DNA of 32,000 bases from the NCBI GenBank assembly GCA_043814965.1, contig JBDRJN010000023.1, forward strand, positions 16,615 through 48,614, read 5' to 3'. This DNA is from Candidatus Omnitrophota bacterium. Its GTDB lineage: Bacteria > Omnitrophota > Gorgyraeia > Gorgyraeales > Gorgyraeaceae. The translations under genes and the position numbers were made by a program. A model generated the notes under the pieces. That model searched no databases. It worked only from the letters and a program-made list of their open reading frames with translations, and had not been told where the DNA came from. Below, one piece after another: positions 17,720 through 25,498 of the stretch (positions within the stretch are counted from its first letter, which is position 1; every line of letters begins with the position of its first letter).

Positions 17720-17979
17720 ATGTAGCGACGTCCCTAGGGCTTAGGGCGTTTTTCCCGTCGGAGAATTTTGAAATATTTTATAACAAGATTTCCGACGGAA
17801 AAGATAGCAAATTATAGAGAGAATTTCTCTGAAATAGGCCAAAACCTCTCCTATTTTATGGTCGCTATTTTATGCTATTTGCGGCGATATTTGCGCAAAT
17901 TCACGATCGAAATAGCGCATTAAATAGAGATACTGGGTCCTCACCTTAAATTCTTAAACCTCTAACCTATAATTTTTCA

Positions 17980-18007
17980 TTGACAAGGCTGGGGTGTGTG
18001 CTAAAAT
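17980..18007 (+). promoter_or_regulatory. sigma70-like promoter of the ars operon
   Basis: TTGACA (17980-17985), a 16-nt spacer, then TAAAAT (18002-18007), 45 nt upstream of the DUF134 start codon. Confidence 0.5.
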
Positions 18008-18032
18008 TGTTATGAACATTTGTTCATAACAA
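18007..18032. promoter_or_regulatory. 26-bp palindromic candidate operator overlapping the -10 element and transcription start
   Basis: TTGTTATGAACA-tt-TGTTCATAACAA has perfect 12-bp arms. It starts at the last base of the -10 hexamer, the classic position for repressor occlusion. Confidence 0.55.
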
Positions 18033-18051
18033 TAAAGGGGAAGGGGCATTT

Positions 18052-18354
18052 ATGAGGCCAAAGAAAACAAGATGGGTAAAATGTGTTCCAGGGGAGCGTT
18101 GCTTTAAGCCGCAGTGTAAGCCATTAAATAAATGTCAAGGCGTTTATTTGTCTCTTGATGAGTTTGAGGCTGTTCGTCTGGCTTGCCTTGAGGAATTAAA
18201 ACAAATAGACGCCGCTAAATTAATGAAGGTATCACGGCCGACCTTTTCAAGGATCTTAACTTCAGCCCAAAGAAAAATAGCCGATGGGCTCGTTAACATT
18301 AAGGCCATCCGCATCGAAGGAGGCTGTTGTAAAATTACAGGAAAGGCTAAGTAA
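18052..18354 (+). CDS. DUF134-family predicted DNA-binding protein, first gene of the ars operon
   Basis: 100 aa. The pattern RPKKTRWVKCVPGERCFKPQ...LSLDEFEAVRLACLEEL...AAKLMKVSRPTFSRILTSAQRKIADGLVNIKAIRIEGG matches my recollection of the DUF134 (UPF0251) family. Extra Cys residues are present (CFKPQCKPLNKC and a C-terminal GGCC). Confidence 0.75.
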   Translation: MRPKKTRWVKCVPGERCFKPQCKPLNKCQGVYLSLDEFEAVRLACLEELKQIDAAKLMKVSRPTFSRILTSAQRKIADGLVNIKAIRIEGGCCKITGKAK

Positions 18355-19526
18355 TGAAAGAGTGGAATAAATTCTTATATATTGCTGCGGCATTTCTTGT
18401 TTGTTTTTATCTACCTATTGAGAATTTGCGATTTAGTAATGCTATTTTTGAGGCCCTTGCGCTTGTCAAATGGTACGCCCGGGAGCATGTGCTTCTTTGT
18501 CTTGTTCCCGCGTTCTTTATAGCAGGGGCAATTTCCGTATTTGTCAGCCAGGCATCGGTTATGAAGTATTTCGGGGCCAAGGCAAATAAATTTCTTTCAT
18601 ATAGCGTAGCTTCAGTTTCGGGAACAATCCTTGCAGTATGTTCGTGTACGGTCTTGCCGCTTTTCTCCGGAATCTATAAAAGAGGAGCGGGACTTGGCCC
18701 AGCTGTAGCTTTTCTATATTCAGGCCCTGCGATAAATGTTTTGGCTATTATTCTAACGGCACGTATCCTTGGTTGGCAACTTGGTTTGGCAAGGGCGATA
18801 GGAGCGGTGATATTTAGTGTAGTTATCGGGTTAATAATGCCCCTTATATTTTTAAAGGAAGAAAGAACGCGCCACGCAAACGGAGATTTTAATGTCGGAG
18901 AAATAAAAGAAACGCGTTCTTTAGGTAAGACTATTCTTTATTTTGCCTCAATGATCGTATTTCTTGTATTTGCTAATTGGGGAAAACCACTTGAAGGCGA
19001 TCACGGCGTCTGGTCAATGATTTATCACTATAAATGGTGGATAGCTGGTTTTTCTCTTTTGAGTTTAGCGGTTATGCTTTTCAAATGGTTCAAGAAGGAT
19101 GAATTAAAAGAATGGGCTGGCGCGACATGGGGATTCGCACTTCAGATATTACCGCTTCTTTTAGGCGGGGTTCTGGTTTCAGGGTTCTTACTTGGCCGGG
19201 TAGGACATGAAGGTATTATTCCTTCGCGGTTTGTTGAGGCTCTAGTAGGAGGGAATTCTCTACGCGCAAATTTCTTTTCTTCAATAGTGGCCGCATTTAT
19301 GTATTTTGCCACGCTTACCGAAGTGCCTATTTTACAGGGTCTAATCGGATCTGGCATGGGGAAGGGGCCTGCATTGGCGCTTCTTTTGGCTGGTCCTGCG
19401 CTTAGCCTGCCGAGCATGCTGGTTATCCGCAGCGTCATCGGTACGAAAAAGACCGTTATATATGTATGCCTGGTAGTTATTATGGCGACAATAAGCGGCA
19501 TGATTTTCGGGTTTATCGTTAAATAA
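18354..19526 (+). CDS. COG0701-type permease (ArsP-like putative organoarsenical efflux permease)
   Basis: 390 aa and polytopic. The segment GTILAVCSCTVLPLFSGIYKRGAGLGPAVAFLYSGPAINVLAI has the CSC motif of this permease family. The TAATG start overlaps the upstream stop. Confidence 0.75.
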   Translation: MKEWNKFLYIAAAFLVCFYLPIENLRFSNAIFEALALVKWYAREHVLLCLVPAFFIAGAISVFVSQASVMKYFGAKANKFLSYSVASVSGTILAVCSCTVLPLFSGIYKRGAGLGPAVAFLYSGPAINVLAIILTARILGWQLGLARAIGAVIFSVVIGLIMPLIFLKEERTRHANGDFNVGEIKETRSLGKTILYFASMIVFLVFANWGKPLEGDHGVWSMIYHYKWWIAGFSLLSLAVMLFKWFKKDELKEWAGATWGFALQILPLLLGGVLVSGFLLGRVGHEGIIPSRFVEALVGGNSLRANFFSSIVAAFMYFATLTEVPILQGLIGSGMGKGPALALLLAGPALSLPSMLVIRSVIGTKKTVIYVCLVVIMATISGMIFGFIVK

Positions 19527-19538
19527 GGGGGAGAGATT

Positions 19539-20321
19539 ATGAAAAAAGATATTAAGGAAATCAAAAAAATAGTCAGAGAGGGATATGCAAAAATAGCTAG
19601 GCAGGGTACGTCCTGCTGTCCTTCAAGTTCATGCTGTGGAAGCGCGAACCAGGCAAAGGATATTAGTAAAGCAATCGGCTATAGCGATGATGAGATGAAC
19701 GCGGTCCCGGAAGAGGCCAATCTTGGCCTTGGATGCGGTAATCCGGTTGCCATAGCATCTTTAAAAGAAGGCGAAGTTGTTCTTGATCTTGGAAGCGGGG
19801 CCGGTTTCGATGCTTTTCTTGCGGCGCAGAGAGTCGGAAAAACCGGACGTGTTATCGGCGTGGATATGACAGAAGAGATGTTAAAAAAGGCAAGGTCAAA
19901 CGCTAAAAAGGGTGGATATGATAACGTAGAATTTCGGATGGGAGAAATAGAAAAGTTGCCAGTTGAAGATAGCTCGGTAAATGTGGTCATTTCAAATTGC
20001 GTTATTAATCTTTCCCCGGACAAAAAGGCGGTATTTCAGGAGGCATATAGAGTATTAAAAGCGGGTGGTAGGTTGATGGTTTCAGACTTGGTATTAGTAA
20101 AAGACCTGCCAGAAGCTATCAAGGAATCTGTTGAGGCGTATGTCGGATGCCTTGCTGGAGCTATAAAGAAAGAAGAATATATTCGTTTTATTGAGCAAGC
20201 AGGATTCCAAGATATCAAGATTATCAGCGAGTCGAGTTATCCGGTGGATGCTATGTTCGAGAGCTTTGAGAGTGTCCAAGATGCAATTGTAAGTATAAAA
20301 ATTTCGGCGGTAAAAAGATAA
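19539..20321 (+). CDS. arsM: arsenite S-adenosylmethionine methyltransferase
   Basis: 260 aa with a Cys-rich N-terminus (SCCPSSSCCGS), LGLGCGNP, the SAM motif VLDLGSGAGFD, ISNCVINLSPDK, VLKAGGRLMVSD and YVGCLAGA. The Cys placement is as in characterised ArsM enzymes. Confidence 0.85.
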   Translation: MKKDIKEIKKIVREGYAKIARQGTSCCPSSSCCGSANQAKDISKAIGYSDDEMNAVPEEANLGLGCGNPVAIASLKEGEVVLDLGSGAGFDAFLAAQRVGKTGRVIGVDMTEEMLKKARSNAKKGGYDNVEFRMGEIEKLPVEDSSVNVVISNCVINLSPDKKAVFQEAYRVLKAGGRLMVSDLVLVKDLPEAIKESVEAYVGCLAGAIKKEEYIRFIEQAGFQDIKIISESSYPVDAMFESFESVQDAIVSIKISAVKR

Positions 20322-20332
20322 GGGGACGCACT

Positions 20333-20566
20333 ATGAAAATAGAGATTTTAGGCGTTGGTTGTCCTAAGTGTAAGCAGCTCACGGCTAATGCCGAGGCAGC
20401 GGTTAAAGAATTGAACATGCAAGCCGAGATCGGAAAGGTAACAGATATCGGCAAGATCGCTGAATACGGCGTGATGATGACTCCGGCACTTGCCGTGGAT
20501 GGTAAAGTGGTTTCGTCCGGCAAGGTATTAAGCAAAGACGCAATCAAGAAGCTTCTTACGAAATAA
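20333..20566 (+). CDS. small thioredoxin-fold protein (redox-active disulfide protein 2 type)
   Basis: 77 aa. The sequence MKIEILGVGCPKCKQL...YGVMMTPALAVDGKVV is a CxxC glutaredoxin-like mini-thioredoxin that commonly accompanies COG0701 permeases. Confidence 0.8.
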   Translation: MKIEILGVGCPKCKQLTANAEAAVKELNMQAEIGKVTDIGKIAEYGVMMTPALAVDGKVVSSGKVLSKDAIKKLLTK

Positions 20567-20578
20567 CGGGAGGGAAAG

Positions 20579-21004
20579 TTGAAGAAATCTCTTTTAGTAG
20601 TTCTTACATTTTTAATGGTCATTGGCGCATATTCTTTGGCCGTGGCTGCTGAGAATAAAGCGGCAAGCAAGATCATAGCCTATTACTTCCATGGTACTTT
20701 TCGCTGCTTTACGTGCACCAATATGGAAAAATATTCAAGAGAAGCTATTGAAACTAATTTTAAAGATGCGGTCCAATCCGGGAAAATTGAGTTTAAGGCG
20801 ATAAATGTTGAGGATAAGGGCAATGAGCATTTCACAAAAGACTATCAGCTGTATACTAAATCGCTAATCCTTTCAATGGTAAAAGACGACAAAGAAGTTG
20901 AGTCGAAAAATCTAGATAAAATTTGGGAGTATTCCCGCAATAAGCAGAAATTTATCGATTATGTAACTTCTGAGATAAACACATTTATGAAGGACGCGCA
21001 ATAA
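20579..21004 (+). CDS. secreted thioredoxin-like CxxC protein (ArsF-family-like, from memory of NCBI naming)
   Basis: 141 aa. The TTG start follows RBS gggaggg. The signal peptide is KKSLLVVLTFLMVIGAYSLAVAA, and the CxxC motif is YFHGTFRCFTCTNMEKY. It is paired with the CcdA-like membrane protein downstream. Confidence 0.5.
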   Translation: MKKSLLVVLTFLMVIGAYSLAVAAENKAASKIIAYYFHGTFRCFTCTNMEKYSREAIETNFKDAVQSGKIEFKAINVEDKGNEHFTKDYQLYTKSLILSMVKDDKEVESKNLDKIWEYSRNKQKFIDYVTSEINTFMKDAQ

Positions 21005-21690
21005 TGGAAGCATTGGTTGTTTTTGGTTCGGTATTATGGCTTGGGATTCTGACTTCGATCAGCCCTTGCCCTTTAGCTACTAATATCGCTGCTGTTTCCT
21101 ATTTGGCTAAGAAAATAACCCACCCGGCAATGGTCTTTATTTCGGGGCTTGCTTATACGATAGGGAGGATGATTGCATATGCGCTACTCGGATGGCTTAT
21201 TATCTATTCTCTGTTAGGTGTTCCGCAGGTTGCGCAATTCCTTCAGAAATACATGGTAATAGTATTGGGTCCATTTTTGGTTATTACGGGCCTATTATTA
21301 TTGGAGGTGATTCCTTTAAAGTTACCGGGAATAACATTATCCCAAAAACATCAAACCAAGCTTGTTGAGTCCGGAGCGGCCGGCGCTTTAGCTTTAGGAT
21401 TTATTTTCGCCTTAGCCTTCTGCCCTGTTTCTGCGGCGTTATTCTTCGGAAGCCTTATCCCCTTGGCTCTTAATAGTAAGGCTGGAATCTTATTTCCGTT
21501 TATTTATGGGATAGGCACAGGTCTTCCTGTGCTCATATTCGCAGTAGCGATTGCTCTAGGGGTTACTTCGATGAGTCATTGGTTTCACAGGATTACGAAA
21601 CTTGAATATTATACGCGAAGAATTACCGGGATTATCTTTATTCTCGTAGGGCTGTATTATGCAGGTATTTATATTTTAAGTTTATTTTAA
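21004..21690 (+). CDS. CcdA/DsbD-like membrane protein (ArsG-family-like transporter)
   Basis: 228 aa with about 6 TM segments. The N-terminal [16 protein letters not shown] and the later [11 protein letters not shown] have the paired Cys/Pro TM motifs of the DsbD/CcdA superfamily. The TAATG start overlaps the upstream stop. Confidence 0.6.
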   Translation: MEALVVFGSVLWLGILTSISPCPLATNIAAVSYLAKKITHPAMVFISGLAYTIGRMIAYALLGWLIIYSLLGVPQVAQFLQKYMVIVLGPFLVITGLLLLEVIPLKLPGITLSQKHQTKLVESGAAGALALGFIFALAFCPVSAALFFGSLIPLALNSKAGILFPFIYGIGTGLPVLIFAVAIALGVTSMSHWFHRITKLEYYTRRITGIIFILVGLYYAGIYILSLF

Positions 21691-21701
21691 AGAGAGGGCA
21701 A

Positions 21702-22802
21702 ATGGAGCACATTGTTCATGAAGAACGGCGATTAAGTTTTTTTGAAAAGTATCTTACCGGTTGGGTTTTGCTCTGTATTGGGCTTGGGATAGTACTTGGT
21801 AAGGTATTTCCGCAAGCCGCGGTAACGCTTGATCAGTTATCGATATGTCAAGTGTCCATTCCTATCGCTATTTGTCTGTTTTTCATGATGTATCCTATCA
21901 TGGTCAAGATTGATTTTGCTGAGGTTATTAAAGCAGGCAAGACTCCTAAACCGGTCATCCTTACGCTTGTAGTAAATTGGTGCATAAAACCATTTACTAT
22001 GCTTGCTATTGCATGGTTGTTTCTTGGATTATTGTTTAAAGGATGGCTTCCGGGAATGGAGATTGTGAAAGGCGGGGCGCAGGTAGAGTTGTTTAGGTCA
22101 TATATTGCCGGGTGCATTTTACTCGGCATAGCTCCTTGCACGGCCATGGTCTTAATCTGGGGGCATCTTTCAAAGGGTAACGATGGCCATACGCTGGTGA
22201 TGGTCGCTATTAATTCGCTTACGATGTTGTTTCTTTATGCGCCACTGGGGGGATGGCTCTTGGGCGTAAACAAGATGCCTATACCTTGGCAGACGATCGC
22301 GTTATCAGTGGTGATCTATGTCGGCCTCCCGTTGTTGTTAGGGTATTACTCAAGGAAATGGTTAATAGCTAAGAAGGGGTTGAAATGGTTTGAGGAGAAG
22401 TTTCTGCATTATCTAACACCGGTTTCAATATGCGCCTTATTACTTACGCTTGTTTTATTGTTTTCGTTTAAAGGCGAACTTATTATTAATCAGCCTCAAA
22501 TTATCCTTCTGATAGCGATCCCGCTTTTTATCCAAACGTGTCTGGTTTTTGCTATCTCATACGGATTGGCTAAATGGCTGAATTTATCTTACCGAGATGC
22601 GGCGCCGTCAGCTTTAGTGGGTGCGAGCAATCATTTTGAAGTTGCCATTGCGACTTCGACAATACTTTTTGGGTTATCTTCGGGTGCTTCATTGGCAACG
22701 GTTGTCGGTGTTCTCATAGAAGTTCCGGTTATGTTGATGTTGGTGAGAATTTGTTTGAAAACCAAGTATTGGTTTAAGCAATCAGGGAGCCAACATGTAT
22801 AA
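21702..22802 (+). CDS. acr3: arsenite efflux transporter, ACR3 family
   Basis: 366 aa. The segments [46 protein letters not shown] (conserved Cys) and [12 protein letters not shown] are typical of Acr3. Confidence 0.9.
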   Translation: MEHIVHEERRLSFFEKYLTGWVLLCIGLGIVLGKVFPQAAVTLDQLSICQVSIPIAICLFFMMYPIMVKIDFAEVIKAGKTPKPVILTLVVNWCIKPFTMLAIAWLFLGLLFKGWLPGMEIVKGGAQVELFRSYIAGCILLGIAPCTAMVLIWGHLSKGNDGHTLVMVAINSLTMLFLYAPLGGWLLGVNKMPIPWQTIALSVVIYVGLPLLLGYYSRKWLIAKKGLKWFEEKFLHYLTPVSICALLLTLVLLFSFKGELIINQPQIILLIAIPLFIQTCLVFAISYGLAKWLNLSYRDAAPSALVGASNHFEVAIATSTILFGLSSGASLATVVGVLIEVPVMLMLVRICLKTKYWFKQSGSQHV

Positions 22803-22830
22803 AAAGAATGTTATTTTTGTGTGTGTGTGA
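22795..22830 (+). pseudogene. possible 11-codon stub of an LMW-PTP-type arsC ending in a (GT)n tract
   Basis: ATG 22795 overlaps the acr3 stop (ATGTATAA) and encodes [11 protein letters not shown]. This resembles the start of LMW-PTP arsenate reductases (KKILFVCTGNSCRS) up to the first Cys of the CX5R loop. The frame then runs into gtgtgtgtgtga. The evidence is very short. Confidence 0.25.
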
Positions 22831-22946
22831 CCTGCCCCCTAATTAGTTCGAATCCCTTAAAGGAACCGTTAAGGGATGCTTACCTCGCTGAATTCGGGTC
22901 CCTTCAGGAACCCCAATTCTTTTAGAAGTATAGTGTAGGAAATAAA

Positions 22947-22981
22947 ATAAGGGCGTATCAATATATTTGATACGCCCTTAT
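22947..22981. terminator. bidirectional hairpin terminator between the ars operon and the minus-strand small-ORF operon
   Basis: ataagggcgtatcaa (22947-22961), loop tatat, then ttgatacgcccttat (22967-22981). The 15-bp perfect stem is flanked by T-runs on both strands. Confidence 0.65.
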
Positions 22982-23005
22982 TTACTTACCAGTAAGGCAG
23001 ATTAT

Positions 23006-23170
23006 TTAACGGCTGCTATCTTTATGTTTCGAAAAACATTCCTTGCAGTATACCGGACGGTCTTCTCTAGGTTTAAAAGGTACTTCACATTCTTTTTTGC
23101 AATCCGCACAGATTGCCTTGTGCATCTCTCTCGGGCCACTGCCGAATCCACGGCCACCTTGGTATCCCAT
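23006..23170 (-). CDS. 54-aa CxxC-x17-CxxC zinc-ribbon protein (below the ORF-track threshold)
   Basis: Minus-strand ATG at 23170 follows RBS agagggg. The translation is MGYQGGRGFGSGPREMHKAICADCKKECEVPFKPREDRPVYCKECFSKHKDSSR*, with exactly 17 residues between the two CxxC pairs. It ends 25 nt before the terminator hairpin. Confidence 0.65.
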   Translation of the reverse strand: MGYQGGRGFGSGPREMHKAICADCKKECEVPFKPREDRPVYCKECFSKHKDSSR

Positions 23171-23184
23171 GTTACCCCTCTTTC

Positions 23185-23349
23185 TTATTCTCCGGCAAGC
23201 TCAGTTTCTGGGCTTATCGGAGGGTTTTTTACTTCGTTATCAGACTGTATATTTTTTTTATCCAGCCTGCGCTGTTCTTTTTTTTCTTTCTTTTTTTTCT
23301 TTGCCAGTTCTCGAGCGTTCTTCTTATATGAATAATTATCTCTTGCCAA
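23185..23349 (-). CDS. 54-aa lysine-rich small protein (candidate), upstream partner of the CxxC protein
   Basis: On the minus strand, RBS AAGGAG is followed by a 6-nt spacer and TTG at 23349. The translation is (M)ARDNYSYKKNARELAKKKKKEKKEQRRLDKKNIQSDNEVKNPPISPETELAGE*, and the stop is 14 nt before the next ATG. It is low-complexity, so coding status is uncertain. Confidence 0.4.
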   Translation of the reverse strand: MARDNYSYKKNARELAKKKKKEKKEQRRLDKKNIQSDNEVKNPPISPETELAGE

Positions 23350-23390
23350 CGTATGCTCCTTTTAACTCAGGGGAAATCCCGAGATTCATT

Positions 23391-23419
23391 ATTATACCTC
23401 TAGAAGCGCTAAGCGTCAA
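23391..23419 (-). promoter_or_regulatory. near-consensus sigma70 promoter for the minus-strand small-ORF operon
   Basis: The minus strand reads TTGACG (complement of 23414-23419), a 17-nt spacer, then TATAAT (complement of 23391-23396). It lies about 40 nt upstream of the TTG start. Confidence 0.55.
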
Positions 23420-23531
23420 GCGATAGATGCGATTTGTCAAGCCAATTTTAAAATGTCCGGGGTTCTGCTTTGGCCATAGTTTTTTTATTTAATGCCCCTG
23501 TCAAAGCGTTATAGCTCTTCCCGCAGTTAAG

Positions 23532-23540
23532 TGTTATAAT
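23532..23540 (+). promoter_or_regulatory. extended -10 element upstream of ygiQ
   Basis: TGtTATAAT at 23532-23540, 40 nt upstream of ATG 23580. There is no good -35 element. Confidence 0.35.
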
Positions 23541-23579
23541 ATATTTCGTAAAACAATCTAAAAAAGGTGTACTTAGAAC

Positions 23580-25355
23580 ATGAAAGACTTTTTACCGATA
23601 TCAAAAGAGGATCTAAAGAAGCGCGGATGGGACGAGATCGATATTATATTGGTCACTGGTGATGCCTACGTTGATCATCCTTCGTATGGCGCTGCGCTTA
23701 TAGGGCGGGTGCTGGAGAAGGCTTCCTTTAAGGTCGGCATCATAGCGCAGCCGGATTGGCGGATACTTGACGATTTTAAGAGGTTGGGCCGGCCAAGACT
23801 ATTTTTTGGCGTTACAGCAGGCAATATTGACTCTATGCTTGCTAGGTACACTGCGAATAAAAAGATCCGTAATGCGGACGACTATTCACCTGGAGGACAG
23901 GAGCTTCTTAGACCCGAGAGGGCGAGCATTGTATATGCAAATAAGTTACGGGAGGCGTTTAAGGGCGTTCCGATCGTCCTGGGTGGTATAGAGGCGAGCA
24001 TGAGAAGGCTTGCTCATTACGATTACTGGTCGGACAAGGTGAGGCGTTCACTCCTCATGGATTCAAAGGCTGACATACTTGTTTATGGAATGGGCGAGAA
24101 ACAGATCTTAGAGATAGCCTATCGCCTAAAAGATTCAGTTGGCGTAACTGACCTGGAAAATATCAGCGGCACGGTCATTGCCAGAAAGTCTTTGGACAAC
24201 CTCAAGGATTATGTTTTAGCTCCCTCTTTTGAAGAAATAGTCCAAGATAAAAATGCGTTTAATACTGCATTTAAGACTATTTATTCTGAATCCGATCCGA
24301 TCTCCGGCAAAGCGATAGCTCAAAAGTGCGGCGACAGGTTCCTCGTGCAGTATCCCCCCGCGCCTTCTCTTACCACGGAAGAGATGGACAGGGTATATGA
24401 CTTGCCCTATATGCGAGATTGGCATCCTGTATATAATCAGGATGGCGGCGTCCCTGGATTTGAAACTGTAAGAAATTCTATCACTTCTCATCGTGGATGT
24501 TCAGGCGGATGCAATTTTTGCTCCTTATATCTGCATCAAGGCAGAGTTATACAGAGCCGCAGTATTAAGTCCGTAGTGAGAGAGATAACTACGATTGCCG
24601 AGGATAAAAAATTTAGAGGCACGATCACCGATATTGGCGGCCCGACGGCAAATATGTATATGGCAATGTGCCCTTCATGGAAAAAGACCGGCGCATGCCG
24701 TAACAAGCGATGCCTCATGCCAGAAAAATGCAAAAACCTTACATTAGGCTATGAGCACTCGGTCCAACTATGGAAGGAATTAAAAAAGATACCCAGGATA
24801 AAACATGTGTTTGTCGGAAGCGGCGTGCGGTATGATCTATTGATCGACCGCTCTTCTGATGGATATTTGCATGAATTGTGCGCCTCCCACGTAAGTGGAC
24901 AGCTGAAGGTCGCTCCAGAGCATTGTACTGCTTCAGTCCTGGAGCTTATGAATAAACCTGCATTTACGAAATATGAAAGGTTTATCGACAGGTTTGAGGC
25001 TGTCAATAAGCGGTTAGGCAAGAAGCAGTACCTTGTGAATTATTTTATATCAGGCCATCCGGGAGCGCGCCTGGATGATGCCCTTAGGCTGGCGGTGTAT
25101 CTAGCAAAAAATCATATTCATCCAGAACAAGTCCAGGACTATATACCTTTGCCTATGACTATCTCGAGCTCCATGTATTATACTGAAAAAAATCCGCTTA
25201 CAGGTAAAAAATTGTATGTAGCTAAGGCCCAGGGTGAGAGGGCGATGCAAAGGGCGCTATTGCAATACAGGAATCCGCAGAATAGAAGATATATACTTCG
25301 AGCCCTTAAGACATTGCATAAAGAGAGCTTGAAAAAACTTTTCCGAGTGACTTAA
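23580..25355 (+). CDS. ygiQ: YgiQ-family radical SAM protein (UPF0313)
   Basis: 591 aa. The N-terminus MKDFLPISKEDLKKRGWDEIDIILVTGDAYVDHPSYGAALIGRVLE is highly characteristic of YgiQ. The radical SAM cluster reads HRGCSGGCNFCS. Confidence 0.9.
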   Translation: MKDFLPISKEDLKKRGWDEIDIILVTGDAYVDHPSYGAALIGRVLEKASFKVGIIAQPDWRILDDFKRLGRPRLFFGVTAGNIDSMLARYTANKKIRNADDYSPGGQELLRPERASIVYANKLREAFKGVPIVLGGIEASMRRLAHYDYWSDKVRRSLLMDSKADILVYGMGEKQILEIAYRLKDSVGVTDLENISGTVIARKSLDNLKDYVLAPSFEEIVQDKNAFNTAFKTIYSESDPISGKAIAQKCGDRFLVQYPPAPSLTTEEMDRVYDLPYMRDWHPVYNQDGGVPGFETVRNSITSHRGCSGGCNFCSLYLHQGRVIQSRSIKSVVREITTIAEDKKFRGTITDIGGPTANMYMAMCPSWKKTGACRNKRCLMPEKCKNLTLGYEHSVQLWKELKKIPRIKHVFVGSGVRYDLLIDRSSDGYLHELCASHVSGQLKVAPEHCTASVLELMNKPAFTKYERFIDRFEAVNKRLGKKQYLVNYFISGHPGARLDDALRLAVYLAKNHIHPEQVQDYIPLPMTISSSMYYTEKNPLTGKKLYVAKAQGERAMQRALLQYRNPQNRRYILRALKTLHKESLKKLFRVT

Positions 25356-25395
25356 TAGAGGACGTGGCCTAGAATTCCAAAATTGATGATAATGT

Positions 25396-25423
25396 TTGAC
25401 AAAGCATAAGAAAGAGGTATAAT
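25396..25423 (+). promoter_or_regulatory. consensus-like sigma70 promoter between ygiQ and the helicase gene
   Basis: TTGACA (25396-25401), a 16-nt spacer, then TATAAT (25418-25423). Confidence 0.5.
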
Positions 25424-25460
25424 AAAGACAATAACTCATATAAAAGATTAGAAAGTCTTG

Positions 25461-25498
25461 AACCGCGGGGTAAGATAACTAACCTTTGCGGTTTTTTT
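25461..25498 (+). terminator. intrinsic terminator-like hairpin about 35 nt downstream of that promoter
   Basis: AACCGCGGGG (25461-25470) pairs with CCTTTGCGGTT (25483-25493; 6 Watson-Crick pairs, 3 G-U pairs and 1 G-C pair). The loop is 13 nt, followed by a T7 run. Confidence 0.5.

Noticed and set aside
243-20676. Long antisense ORFs in the track inside well-supported genes, for example 243-563, 1360-1749, 7143-7631, 19142-19564 and 20251-20676.
   Set aside because: Each lies opposite a gene with strong family motifs, lacks an RBS and has a compositionally odd translation. These are typical shadow ORFs.
22846-22856. gttcgaatccc after acr3, considered as a partial direct repeat of the tRNA-His 3' end (an att site of an ars island).
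   Set aside because: Only the generic T-loop consensus matches. The tRNA-His reads gttcaaatcccgtcaccc, and the flanking bases differ. This is insufficient to call an att repeat.
22967-23426. Three overlapping + strand ORFs in the track (122, 127 and 72 aa).
   Set aside because: Their translations are low-complexity (runs of F, L and S) and come from reading the antisense of a lysine-rich region. They lack an RBS and overlap each other in different frames. The minus strand has a coherent promoter, RBS, ORF pair and terminator instead.
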